The notes under the pieces were generated by a model, which saw only the letters and a program-made list of their open reading frames with translations, searched no databases and was not told where the DNA came from. A stretch of 64,000 nucleotides of DNA. Source: Phycisphaerae bacterium. GTDB lineage: Bacteria > Planctomycetota > Phycisphaerae > SM23-33. The position numbers and the translations under genes are program-made. Below are positions 48,967-57,517 of this stretch, one piece after another (positions within the stretch are counted from its first letter, which is position 1; each line of letters starts with the position of its first letter). The stretch lies in NCBI GenBank assembly GCA_049975485.1, contig JBNGDC010000004.1, forward strand, positions 59,636 through 123,635, given 5' to 3'.

Positions 48967-49956
48967 ATGAACGAAGCGTGGCAACGGTTTGAGGCGACAC
49001 TGCGGGGAGAGGTCACCCGGCGCGTGCCCCTGACGCATACCTGGGGTCTGCACCATGCTCACGCCGCCAAAATGCTGGGCCGTGAGCCGACCACAGAGGA
49101 GGACCGTCTGGAGTACCTCCGGCTGCTGGATACGCACATGGGTCTGCGCGTGTACTATGGCCAGCCCTTCGGCTCACAGAAGGCGGTTGCTTCCGACGGA
49201 ACGACGCATTACATCGGCGGGGCGATTGCCCCAGGCGATTCGCTGACCGGATACAAGCTGCCGGAGGTGTCGAAGCTGGTGGAGCAGTACCGCCCCGTGG
49301 CCGAGCTTAGCCACAAGTGGGGAGCGGCCGCCGAGGGTGTGGTGACCAGTTGCGTCCACGCACTTTCCACCGCGCTGGGGCTGGATGCGTTCGCCATCGC
49401 CTGCTACGAGAACCCCGACTGGCTGGACGAGGCGATGGAGCTGGTCGAGCGGCGGAACCGACTGGCGATAACGGCCATGATAGAGGCCGGCTTCGACATC
49501 GTCCTGTTCGACGGCGACTGCGCCTTCAAGCAGGGGCTGATGATCTCCCCGGATATGATGCGACGGTTCTGGTTCGATAAGACACATCGCACCGTCTCTC
49601 TTCTGCACGAGGCGGGCGTTTGGGCGTATTACCACACCGACGGAAAGGTGGACGAGGTCCTGCCCATGCTTATCGAGCTGGGCTTCGCGGCTTTCCACGG
49701 CTGCGAGAAGGCGGCCAACGACCTCGCGCACCTCAAGGAGCAGTTCGGCTCGCGGATTACGCTCATCGGAAACGCCGACCACGCCGAGTTGACCTTCCAG
49801 ACGCCGGAGCAGATTCGCCGGACCACGGAGGAAATGCTCTCGGCCGGCGCGCCCGGGGGTCGCTACGTGGCCGACGTGAATACCATGGTCCCGGACTGCG
49901 CGGTGGAGAACTACGAGGCGTTTGTGGACACGGTGCGCGCCTTCAGGCGCTGGTAG
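48967..49956 (+). CDS. uroporphyrinogen decarboxylase (URO-D) family protein, possibly methyltransferase-type
   Basis: Length and C-terminal region (LIGNADHAELTFQTPEQIRRTTEEMLSAG...VADVNTMVPDCAVENYEAF) resemble URO-D/MtaA-like TIM-barrel proteins. Confidence 0.6.
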   Translation: MNEAWQRFEATLRGEVTRRVPLTHTWGLHHAHAAKMLGREPTTEEDRLEYLRLLDTHMGLRVYYGQPFGSQKAVASDGTTHYIGGAIAPGDSLTGYKLPEVSKLVEQYRPVAELSHKWGAAAEGVVTSCVHALSTALGLDAFAIACYENPDWLDEAMELVERRNRLAITAMIEAGFDIVLFDGDCAFKQGLMISPDMMRRFWFDKTHRTVSLLHEAGVWAYYHTDGKVDEVLPMLIELGFAAFHGCEKAANDLAHLKEQFGSRITLIGNADHAELTFQTPEQIRRTTEEMLSAGAPGGRYVADVNTMVPDCAVENYEAFVDTVRAFRRW

Positions 49957-50293
49957 GCCCGCTGCGGACGGGGGAATTCAGTTGGGATTGTACATGGACA
50001 TGCCTGGCTACTGGTCACTATCTACGCGCGGGCAGTCCCGGCGCGGGCGGCAATCGCGTAATTCCAGTCATTTGCGGCTTGACGAATTCGAGGTCCGCGG
50101 ATACAAGTTTCAGCAGCAATGAAACATGCATCGGCCCAAATCCTGCGACAGCGTCAGATTGCGACGGTCCTGGCGATCGCGGTCCTGATTGCGCGCGCAG
50201 GAAGCGGGTCCGGCTGATACCACCACAAACCCGGTACACAAAGGCCCGCTTCCGGAAGGAGCGGGCCTTTTCTTTTGCCCAGGGAGAACGAAG

Positions 50294-51049
50294 ATGCTGA
50301 AGCGGCCATGGTATGAGGAACTGTTCGACGACATGTACGCGGCGGTCCTTGGCTCGGAAGCTCACGAATCGAAGGCGCCCCAGGAGGCCCGGTGCGTCAA
50401 GCGGTTGCTGCGCCTGCGGAAGGGACAGCGCGTCCTGGACTGCCCGTGTGGACTGGGCCGGCTGAGCCGCGGGCTGGCACGGCTTGGGCTGGAGGTTACA
50501 GGCGCGGACTTGATGGACTCTTACGTTCGCGAGGCCCGGCGCCGCGCGCGACGGGAAGGCCTGCCGGTCCGGTTCATCGCCAGTGACATGCGCGACCTGC
50601 CGTTCGAGGGGGAGTTCGACGCCGTTGTGAACTGGTTTACAAGCATCGGCTACTTCGACCGGGCGGGCGACCTGGCCGTCGCCCGGGCTGCGTTTGCGGC
50701 TCTGAAGCCGGGCGGATGCTTTCTCGTCGAGGCGATGAACAAGTCCTGGCTGCTGGCGCACTGGAACCCGGAGCCCAAGACAGCGACGGTGGGCGATGTG
50801 CAGGTGACGGCGGCCCCGCGATGGGACGCCCGGGCCGGCGTCATCCGGGACACGTGGGTCTTGCGGCGCGGCCGCGCGCGGCGCCGCCGAGAGTTAACGC
50901 TGCGCCCGTACAACAGCACGGAGATCCGCAAGCTGCTCCGCAGGGCCGGCTTCCGGGATATTTCGCTGCATCCGAATCCTCCGGGTAAGCGGTTCAGCCG
51001 GCATGCAAAGCGCTACATTGCCATCGGGACAAAGCCCCGGCGGCCTTGA
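50294..51049 (+). CDS. class I SAM-dependent methyltransferase
   Basis: Motif I VLDCPCGLGRLS; motif post-I DLMDSY. Start at 50294 (the ORF opens at 50189). Confidence 0.75.
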   Translation: MLKRPWYEELFDDMYAAVLGSEAHESKAPQEARCVKRLLRLRKGQRVLDCPCGLGRLSRGLARLGLEVTGADLMDSYVREARRRARREGLPVRFIASDMRDLPFEGEFDAVVNWFTSIGYFDRAGDLAVARAAFAALKPGGCFLVEAMNKSWLLAHWNPEPKTATVGDVQVTAAPRWDARAGVIRDTWVLRRGRARRRRELTLRPYNSTEIRKLLRRAGFRDISLHPNPPGKRFSRHAKRYIAIGTKPRRP

Positions 51050-51201
51050 CCGTCAAAGTACCGGTGAGAGAATGATACCCCGACACGGGCTGCCATCGGC
51101 AGATTGCGCATCCCCGGCTACGGGCTACCGCGGGCAAGTCAGGGCCACCCGGGTTGCCCACGCTACGGTCCGCGCGTACTGTCGTTCACAAAGGAGAAGC
51201 C

Positions 51202-51525
51202 ATGGCTACTTTGCATAATGTCATCCGAGTGGTGTTTTCGGCGTTAGCTGTGCTGCTGTCGGGCGGCTTTGCATACGGCTATAACGCAGTCTTCTATCAC
51301 AACAAAGTGGAACACTGTGGTCTAGATCTACCGGTCTTTACGTCGTTCGTATCCGCGGTCGCACCATGGGTTCTGCTCCTGTCGCCGGCGGTGCTGTGCG
51401 TGGGGCTTGCCTGGCGACGGAATGAACTCATTGTGCAGTTGGTTACGAACATTGGATGGCTCTTTGCTGTATCTTGGCCTCCGCTGTGCATCTGGGTCTG
51501 GAAGATTCCGGACGCACTTCTTTAG
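51202..51525 (+). CDS. small membrane protein (3 predicted TM helices), lower-GC gene
   Basis: AAGGAGAAG ribosome-binding site 5 nt upstream. Hydrophobic segments VVFSALAVLLSGGFAY, PWVLLLSPAVLCVGLAW and IGWLFAVSWPPLCIWVW. Codon third positions are visibly less GC-biased than in neighbouring genes. Confidence 0.5.
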   Translation: MATLHNVIRVVFSALAVLLSGGFAYGYNAVFYHNKVEHCGLDLPVFTSFVSAVAPWVLLLSPAVLCVGLAWRRNELIVQLVTNIGWLFAVSWPPLCIWVWKIPDALL

Positions 51526-51647
51526 CTCATAGATAGGCACTCTCGGTTCGTTGTAAAAACCACCCCGTCGGAGCGTGTCGGGGCAGGCCACCGTGACGCG
51601 CCTGTCTTCCGCCTTCGTCCCGCGGGCGACATCGACGCGACATGGCT

Positions 51648-51690
51648 GGTTACCGATTACAGGTTACCGGACACTGGCTACTGGTTACCG
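51648..51690. repeat. three copies of GGTTACCG at irregular spacing in the hydF 3' intergenic region
   Basis: Read directly: tGGTTACCGattacaGGTTACCGGacactggctacTGGTTACCGtg. Confidence 0.35.
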
Positions 51691-51711
51691 TGAGCAACGC
51701 AGTTGCCCACC

Positions 51712-52944
51712 CTACCGCGGCTGTAGCTTGCGGAATGTCTCCAGGGCTTCGGGGAAGGGGCCCAGGGCGCGCTGCAGGATGCCGAGCGAGTGTGCGATGG
51801 TCAGCCCGTAATTGGCTATGGGCACGCCGGCCTTTCGGCAGCGGACCATGCGCGACAGGACCTCGCGACGGTTCCACATGCACGCGCCGCAGTGCACGAC
51901 CAGCCGGTAGGGCGAGAGGTCCTCTGGGAAGTCGTGCCCCTGAGTGAAGTCGAACTCCAGCTCGCCGCCGACGCGCTGCCGCAGCCAGCGTGGGATCTTC
52001 ACGCGCCCGATGTCGTCGGCGATGGGGTGATGGGTGCAGGCCTCGGCTATCAGCACGCGGTCGCCGGCCTTCAGCCGATCCAGCGCCGTGACGCCGCGGA
52101 CGAACTCGTTCAGGTCGCCCTTGGCGCGGGCAAACAGAACGCTGAAGCCGGTCAACAGGACGTCCGGCGGCGTTTCGGCGGCCACCTTCGCGAACGCCTG
52201 GGAGTCCGTCACCACCAGCGCCGGCGGACGCTTCAGCCGGTCCAATGCGTCGCGAAGCTCGGTCTCCTTGGCCACCATGCAGTAGGCGTTGTGGTCCAGC
52301 GCGTCGCGGATGGACTGCACCTGCGGCAGTATGAGCCGGCCTTTGGGCGCCTCCAGGTCGATGGGCACGACCATCATGATCAGCTCGCCCGGGGGAACGA
52401 GGTCGCCGAGGATGGCCGGTGCGTTGATGAAGTCCTCCGGCGCCTGACGAATGAGCGCCTCGCGGAAGTCCAGCACGCCCTCGCCCGACGGCGCGACCGT
52501 ACGGACGACCGGCACATTGCGGGCGGCAAGCTCGTCCAGAACGTCGCCCGGCGGCTCGTAGAGGTCGAACTTGTTGAATACGACGATCGCGGGTATCTCG
52601 CGATGCTCCAGCTCCTCGAGCATGGTCTGCTCGAACTGCGCCCAGCCGCCCTCGCCGACGACGATGACGCCCACGTCGGTGCGGTCGAATATCTGCCGCG
52701 TGCGCTGGATGCGCAGCTCGCCGAGGTCGCCGACGTCGTCTATGCCGGCCGTGTCGATGAACAGCACAGGCCCGATCGGCAGCAGCTCCATCGGCTTTTC
52801 GACCGGGTCGGTGGTGGTCCCGGCCACGTCCGAAACAATGGCCACCGACTGGCGCGTGATGGCGTTGAGCAGCGAACTCTTGCCGACGTTCCGCCGCCCG
52901 AAGATGCCTATGTGCAGCCGAAAGCCCTTGGGTGTCTTTTCCAT
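51712..52944 (-). CDS. hydF: [FeFe] hydrogenase H-cluster maturation GTPase
   Basis: N-terminal GTPase ([13 protein letters not shown]). C-terminal FeS motif EACTHH...VVHCGAC (CxHx46HCxxC). Confidence 0.9.
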   Translation of the reverse strand: MEKTPKGFRLHIGIFGRRNVGKSSLLNAITRQSVAIVSDVAGTTTDPVEKPMELLPIGPVLFIDTAGIDDVGDLGELRIQRTRQIFDRTDVGVIVVGEGGWAQFEQTMLEELEHREIPAIVVFNKFDLYEPPGDVLDELAARNVPVVRTVAPSGEGVLDFREALIRQAPEDFINAPAILGDLVPPGELIMMVVPIDLEAPKGRLILPQVQSIRDALDHNAYCMVAKETELRDALDRLKRPPALVVTDSQAFAKVAAETPPDVLLTGFSVLFARAKGDLNEFVRGVTALDRLKAGDRVLIAEACTHHPIADDIGRVKIPRWLRQRVGGELEFDFTQGHDFPEDLSPYRLVVHCGACMWNRREVLSRMVRCRKAGVPIANYGLTIAHSLGILQRALGPFPEALETFRKLQPR

Positions 52945-52980
52945 AGCAATCTGTCGGGCAGGTATGCCCGACCTGCATCC

Positions 52981-53028
52981 GGTTAACCGGCTAACCAGTT
53001 AACCAGTTAACCAATTAACCAATTAACC
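52981..53028. repeat. perfectly phased array of six octamers NNTTAACC (GGTTAACC GGCTAACC AGTTAACC AGTTAACC AATTAACC AATTAACC) in the hydG-hydF spacer
   Basis: Read directly. Begins 5 nt after the hydG stop and ends 37 nt before the hydF start codon. Confidence 0.6.
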
Positions 53029-53033
53029 GTTTG

Positions 53034-54458
53034 TCAGAAATAGAGGTCGCGGTCGTCGCTGGTGCGGATACGTCGCAGCCGTTCGGCAAGCTCATCCTTC
53101 ACCGAGCCGTCGGGCAGTTTCTGCAGCTCTTCGGCTATGCGTTTTTCGCCGACGGCGCGGGTCTGCGGCGAGGCGTAGTCGGTGAGGTACTCCTGCAGCG
53201 TGGTCAGGGCGTTGGGCGTGCAGAAGTTCTGAATGAACCCGGGAATCGCGAACTCCATAAAGTGCTCGCCGGTCCGCCCGAGCCGGTAGCACGCCGTGCA
53301 GAAACTCGGGATGTATCCGTCGGCCAGCAGCTCCTGCATCACCTCATCCAGCGTGCGCACGTCGCCGAGGGAGAACTGCTCGCGCTCCATCACCTGAGCG
53401 TCGCCGGCCTCGGTGTAGCCGCCGAGGTCGATCCGGCTGCCGGCATCTATCTGCGAGACGCCGAAGCCCATCACCTCGCGGCGGAGCTTCGCCGGCTCGC
53501 GGGCCGTGAGTATCAGACCGGTGTACGGAACCGACAGCCGCAGGATCGCCACCAGCCGCTTGAACTGCCAGTCGCTGACCTGCCACCTGCCGTCCAGTAC
53601 CGTCCCGGCCGCAGGCCTGAGCCGCGGGAAGCTGATGGTATGCGGACCGACGCCGTATCGGTCTCGAAAGTAGTTGGCGTGGGCGACCAGTCCTAGAACC
53701 TCGAACCGCCAGTCGTACAGTCCGAACAGCGCGCCTATGCCCACGTCGTCGCAGCCGGCCTCGAAGGCCCGGCTAAGCCCGTCCAGGCGGTAGAGGTAGT
53801 TGCCCTTGCGCGTATCGGCCGGGTGTATGCGGGCGTAGGTCTCGTGGTGATACGTCTCCTGGAATATCTGGTAGGTGCCGATCCCAGCGTCCTTGACGCG
53901 CTCGTAGCCCTCGTGGTCGAGCGGCGCGGCGTTGATATTCACTCGACGTATCTCACCGTGCCCGGAGCGGATGTTGTACACATGCCGCACGCATCGGGCG
54001 ATGCAGTCGGCGTCGTAGGCGGGGTGTTCGCCCCACACCAGTATCAGCCGTTTGTGCCCAGCGTCCTCCAGAGCGGTTACCTGTTCGCGGATGTCGTCTT
54101 CACTGAGCGTGCGACGCTGAACTTCCCTGTTGGAGCGACGAAAGGCGCAGTATGCGCAGTCGTTGACGCACTCGTTGCCGATGTAAAGCGGCGCGAACAG
54201 CACGATGCGATTGCCGTACACGCTGCGCTTCAACTCGCGGGCGGCCTCGAATATCTCGCCCACCAGGTCCTCATCCTCGGCCGCCAGCAGAACGGCCGTT
54301 TCGGCGACGTTCAGCGGCTCCTTGTCCATCGCCTTGGCGATTATCCCGCGCACGGCGGAGGGGTCCTGCGGTGTGTTGGCGATGAGTTTGTTCAGATGGT
54401 CGTCGTCTATGAAATCGACGGCGCCTTCACTGAGTGTCATGGTTGTCAATGGGCACAT
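53034..54458 (-). CDS. hydG: [FeFe] hydrogenase H-cluster radical SAM maturase (tyrosine lyase)
   Basis: Radical SAM motif CVNDCAYC. C-terminal CTAC-x22-C (CX2CX22C auxiliary cluster) is characteristic of HydG. GGAGG ribosome-binding site precedes the ATG at 54458. The ORF track opens much further upstream (55130). Confidence 0.9.
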   Translation of the reverse strand: MCPLTTMTLSEGAVDFIDDDHLNKLIANTPQDPSAVRGIIAKAMDKEPLNVAETAVLLAAEDEDLVGEIFEAARELKRSVYGNRIVLFAPLYIGNECVNDCAYCAFRRSNREVQRRTLSEDDIREQVTALEDAGHKRLILVWGEHPAYDADCIARCVRHVYNIRSGHGEIRRVNINAAPLDHEGYERVKDAGIGTYQIFQETYHHETYARIHPADTRKGNYLYRLDGLSRAFEAGCDDVGIGALFGLYDWRFEVLGLVAHANYFRDRYGVGPHTISFPRLRPAAGTVLDGRWQVSDWQFKRLVAILRLSVPYTGLILTAREPAKLRREVMGFGVSQIDAGSRIDLGGYTEAGDAQVMEREQFSLGDVRTLDEVMQELLADGYIPSFCTACYRLGRTGEHFMEFAIPGFIQNFCTPNALTTLQEYLTDYASPQTRAVGEKRIAEELQKLPDGSVKDELAERLRRIRTSDDRDLYF

Positions 54459-54484
54459 GATTACCTCCTTCCGGAGGGGGCAGC

Positions 54485-55531
54485 TCAAACTTTCGCGTGA
54501 CGGTCCAGGTAGCTGGGCGACGCGCCCGGTCCGACGCCGACGGTTCGCCCGATGGACGCGATTCTGTTTCGGATGCAGGCGCTGCAGTCGCCGGCCGACT
54601 CGGCTATGCACGCCTTGGCCGGGTATATCTCGTACATGGGTCGGTAGCGCGGCGGCGTGACGTTGGGCATAACCACGTTCGCGCCGCATTGTAGGGCCGA
54701 TTCCCGTCCGTCCACGGTGTTGATCGTCGCCAGGGCCGTGGTCGCCGGTATGTTGGACGACGGCCGCACGATGCGGGTCAGCGCGATCATCTTTCTGGTC
54801 ATCAGTTCGGTGTTGGGCACCTGGTCCGCACCCGCCGGCGCCGCTTTGGCCAGTGGCGTCGCCGGGTGCGGTATGAACGGACCCAGCCCGATCATGTCCA
54901 GCTCCAGCTCGTCGAACAACTCGACGTCGGCGGCGAGGTCGTCGTAAGTTTGACCCGGTATGCCGACCATGCAGCCGCTGCCGACCTCGTAGTCCAGCCG
55001 TCGCAGCTCCTCGAGCACGGCCAGTCGCTCTCCCAGCGATCGGCCGTCGCCGGCATGCAGGCGGGCATACAGCCGTTCGTTGGACGTCTCGAAACGCAGC
55101 AGGTAACGGTCGGCTCCGGCGCGGCGCCACAGGGCCAGCTCGTCACTGGACCGCTCGCCCAGACTCAGCGTGACGGCCAGGTTGGTTTGGCTCTTGATGC
55201 TCTCTGTCAGGCGGGCGATGCGATCGCCGGTCAGTTGCGGGTCTTCGCCGGCCTGGATGACGACCGTTCCATAACCCAGCCGCTGCGCCTCGCGTGCGGC
55301 GGCGACTACCTCCTCGTTGCTCATGCGGTACCGCCGCAGCCCCCGGCGGGTCGCACTGATGCCGCAGTACGAGCACCGCCGCGTGCAGTAGCTGGATATC
55401 TCGATAAGCCCGCGAAGATGCACCTCCTCGCCGACGTTCTCGCGGCGGACGGCGTCGGCCTCGCGCAGAAGCTTCTCCAGCCGCCGCGGGTCGGTCTCGA
55501 GGAGTCGGCTTTTTATCCACTCATGATCCAT
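54485..55531 (-). CDS. hydE: [FeFe] hydrogenase H-cluster radical SAM maturase
   Basis: CTRRCSYC radical SAM motif. BioB-like fold, 348 aa. Flanked by hydG and hydF. Confidence 0.9.
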   Translation of the reverse strand: MDHEWIKSRLLETDPRRLEKLLREADAVRRENVGEEVHLRGLIEISSYCTRRCSYCGISATRRGLRRYRMSNEEVVAAAREAQRLGYGTVVIQAGEDPQLTGDRIARLTESIKSQTNLAVTLSLGERSSDELALWRRAGADRYLLRFETSNERLYARLHAGDGRSLGERLAVLEELRRLDYEVGSGCMVGIPGQTYDDLAADVELFDELELDMIGLGPFIPHPATPLAKAAPAGADQVPNTELMTRKMIALTRIVRPSSNIPATTALATINTVDGRESALQCGANVVMPNVTPPRYRPMYEIYPAKACIAESAGDCSACIRNRIASIGRTVGVGPGASPSYLDRHAKV

Positions 55532-56696
55532 CTTCGCCGGCTTCCTGCTGTTCGGTCTGCTGATCGCCGACGGCGTCGGCGTCTCGGAGCGTCACGGTAA
55601 AGGTCGAACCGACGTCCGGCTCGCTGCTGACGTTCACTTCGCCGCCGTAGAGCGACACCAGCTTGCGGACGATCGACAGCCCAAGCCCGCTGCCGAGGAT
55701 GTTGCGGGTCTTTTCATTCTTTATGCGGGTGAATTCCTGGAACAACCGCTCGGTGTCTTCCGGGGACATTCCTATGCCCGTGTCGGCGACGCTGATGGTG
55801 ACGGTGTCGTCCTCCCGGCTGACGGTGACGTCCACGCGTCCCTCGGGCTTGTTGTACTTCACGGCGTTGGAGATGAGGTTGTTCAGGATTATCTCCAGCT
55901 CGCCACGGTCGCATTTCAGCGGGGCCGGGCCGTCGGCATGCAGCTGGAGCGTCAGGTTCTTCTCGTCGTCGGCCGCCCGGGCGCCGTCCAGCGCCTCGCG
56001 GGCGACCTCGACGACGTCCTGCTCGGCGATATCGCGCTGCTTCTGTCCCGACTCGATCCGCGTCAGGTCAAGAAGGTCCAGAATGAGCTTCCTCATGCCT
56101 TCCAGGCGTGTAAGCGACCTGTCCAGCATGTGTTTGTAGGCCTCCGGATCGTCGCCCGCGGAGCCATCGCGAATGATCCGCAGATAGCCCTCGACGGCCG
56201 AGAGGGGCGACTTCAGCTCGTGCGCCAGCACCGAGATGAACTGAAAGCGGACCTGCCGCTTTTCCTCGGCCAGTTTCTCGGCCTGACGGCGGATGAGCAG
56301 ATGCCTGGCCGCCTTTCTCACCACGCCTCGCAGCTCGTCGGGCGTGAACGGCTTGGCCAGGAAGTCGTACGCGCCGCGCTTGGTGGCGGTTACGGCGGTG
56401 TCCAGCGAGGCGTAAGCGGTGATGACGATGGTCAGCATCCTGCCTTCGTCGTCGGGGAGCTTCTGCAGCACGTCCAGCCCGCTCATGCCGGGCAGTTTGT
56501 GGTCCAGCAGAAGGATGTCGGGCTGGTTCTCGCCGATGATCTCCAGCGCCTGCTCACCGGTCTCGGCCTGGGCTACATCGAAGCCGTACTCGCCCTCGAT
56601 TTCGTCGAAGCGCACGGTGAAGTCCCGCAGCGCCCGCTGAACGCCCAGACGCATGCCGGCCTCGTCGTCCACAACCAGTACGTTCAGTTTCTCCAT
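55521..56696 (-). CDS. cytoplasmic response-regulator/histidine-kinase hybrid (REC-HisKA-HATPase, no output domain)
   Basis: N-terminal receiver (VLVVDDEAGMRLG...ILLLDHKLPGMSG...FLAKPF). H-box LAHELKSPLSAVEG. G2 GSGLGLSIVRKLV. No TM segment. Confidence 0.85.
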   Translation of the reverse strand: MEKLNVLVVDDEAGMRLGVQRALRDFTVRFDEIEGEYGFDVAQAETGEQALEIIGENQPDILLLDHKLPGMSGLDVLQKLPDDEGRMLTIVITAYASLDTAVTATKRGAYDFLAKPFTPDELRGVVRKAARHLLIRRQAEKLAEEKRQVRFQFISVLAHELKSPLSAVEGYLRIIRDGSAGDDPEAYKHMLDRSLTRLEGMRKLILDLLDLTRIESGQKQRDIAEQDVVEVAREALDGARAADDEKNLTLQLHADGPAPLKCDRGELEIILNNLISNAVKYNKPEGRVDVTVSREDDTVTISVADTGIGMSPEDTERLFQEFTRIKNEKTRNILGSGLGLSIVRKLVSLYGGEVNVSSEPDVGSTFTVTLRDADAVGDQQTEQQEAGEDGS

Positions 56697-56703
56697 CTTC
56701 GCC

Positions 56704-57105
56704 TCACTTCCCGAGCAAACGCTCGATTTCCGCGCGAAGCTGCTCGAACCGCACCGGCTTGGTCAGCATCACGTCCGCCTTCACCCAGGAACGTTCCTCC
56801 TCGGTCGCGGCGTCGAACTCCAGACCCGTCTCAGACGCCATCGCGGTGACCACTATCACCGGCAGCTCCGGCCGGTGCTTCTTGAGGCGGTAGCACAGTA
56901 CGAACCCGTCGTCCATGTGCTCCATCATGACGTCCACCACCGCCAGGTCCGGCCTGGATGATTCGGCGGCCTGCATCGCCTCATCCGCCGACTGGGCGGC
57001 GAGAACGTCGTACCCGGCGGCCTGCAACTGGAGCTGCTGCTGGGTCAGGAAGTCCGGGTCGTCGTCAACGACGAGGATCGTCGGTTTGTCTTTCTGTTCG
57101 CTCAT
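56704..57105 (-). CDS. single-domain response regulator receiver
   Basis: ILVVDDDPDF...LAVVDVMMEHMDDGF...LTKP. Contains an ~20-aa insert also present in its paralog. Confidence 0.85.
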   Translation of the reverse strand: MSEQKDKPTILVVDDDPDFLTQQQLQLQAAGYDVLAAQSADEAMQAAESSRPDLAVVDVMMEHMDDGFVLCYRLKKHRPELPVIVVTAMASETGLEFDAATEEERSWVKADVMLTKPVRFEQLRAEIERLLGK

Positions 57106-57485
57106 TTGCCTTCCTTGAGCAGTTCGTCAACCTTTTTGCCCAGGGCCTTCGGCTCGAAGGGCTTCTCCAGGACCTCCACCACGGGCAGCCAGGTCTCGTC
57201 CGGCTCAAACTTGAACGGTACCCCCGTCGCCTCCCGCACGCCGGTCAGCAGCAGAATCGGAAGGTCCGGGTGTTTCTCGTGGATCTGCCGGGCGACTTCG
57301 AACCCGGCCGTCTGCGTCTCCATCATCACGTCCAGCACGATCACGTCCGGCACGGATTCCTCCATGCGCTTAAGCGCCTCGGCGGCACTGTAAGCGGCCG
57401 TCACCTCGTGTCCGTGGCTTCGCAGGACCACCGAGTTGATCTCGATGAGGTCAACGTCGTCGTCAACCAGAAGTACGTTAGCCAT
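57102..57485 (-). CDS. single-domain response regulator receiver (paralog of 56704 gene)
   Basis: VLLVDDDVDL...VIVLDVMMETQTAGF...LEKPF. Confidence 0.85.
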   Translation of the reverse strand: MANVLLVDDDVDLIEINSVVLRSHGHEVTAAYSAAEALKRMEESVPDVIVLDVMMETQTAGFEVARQIHEKHPDLPILLLTGVREATGVPFKFEPDETWLPVVEVLEKPFEPKALGKKVDELLKEGK

Positions 57486-57517
57486 GTTCCAGTCCTCTTT
57501 TCGTTACGCGGCGGAAA

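Noticed and set aside
52981-53028. Possible CRISPR array given the tandem repeats
   Set aside because: Repeat unit is only 8 bp with no intervening unique spacers and no cas genes nearby. It is a microsatellite-like or binding-site array, not CRISPR.
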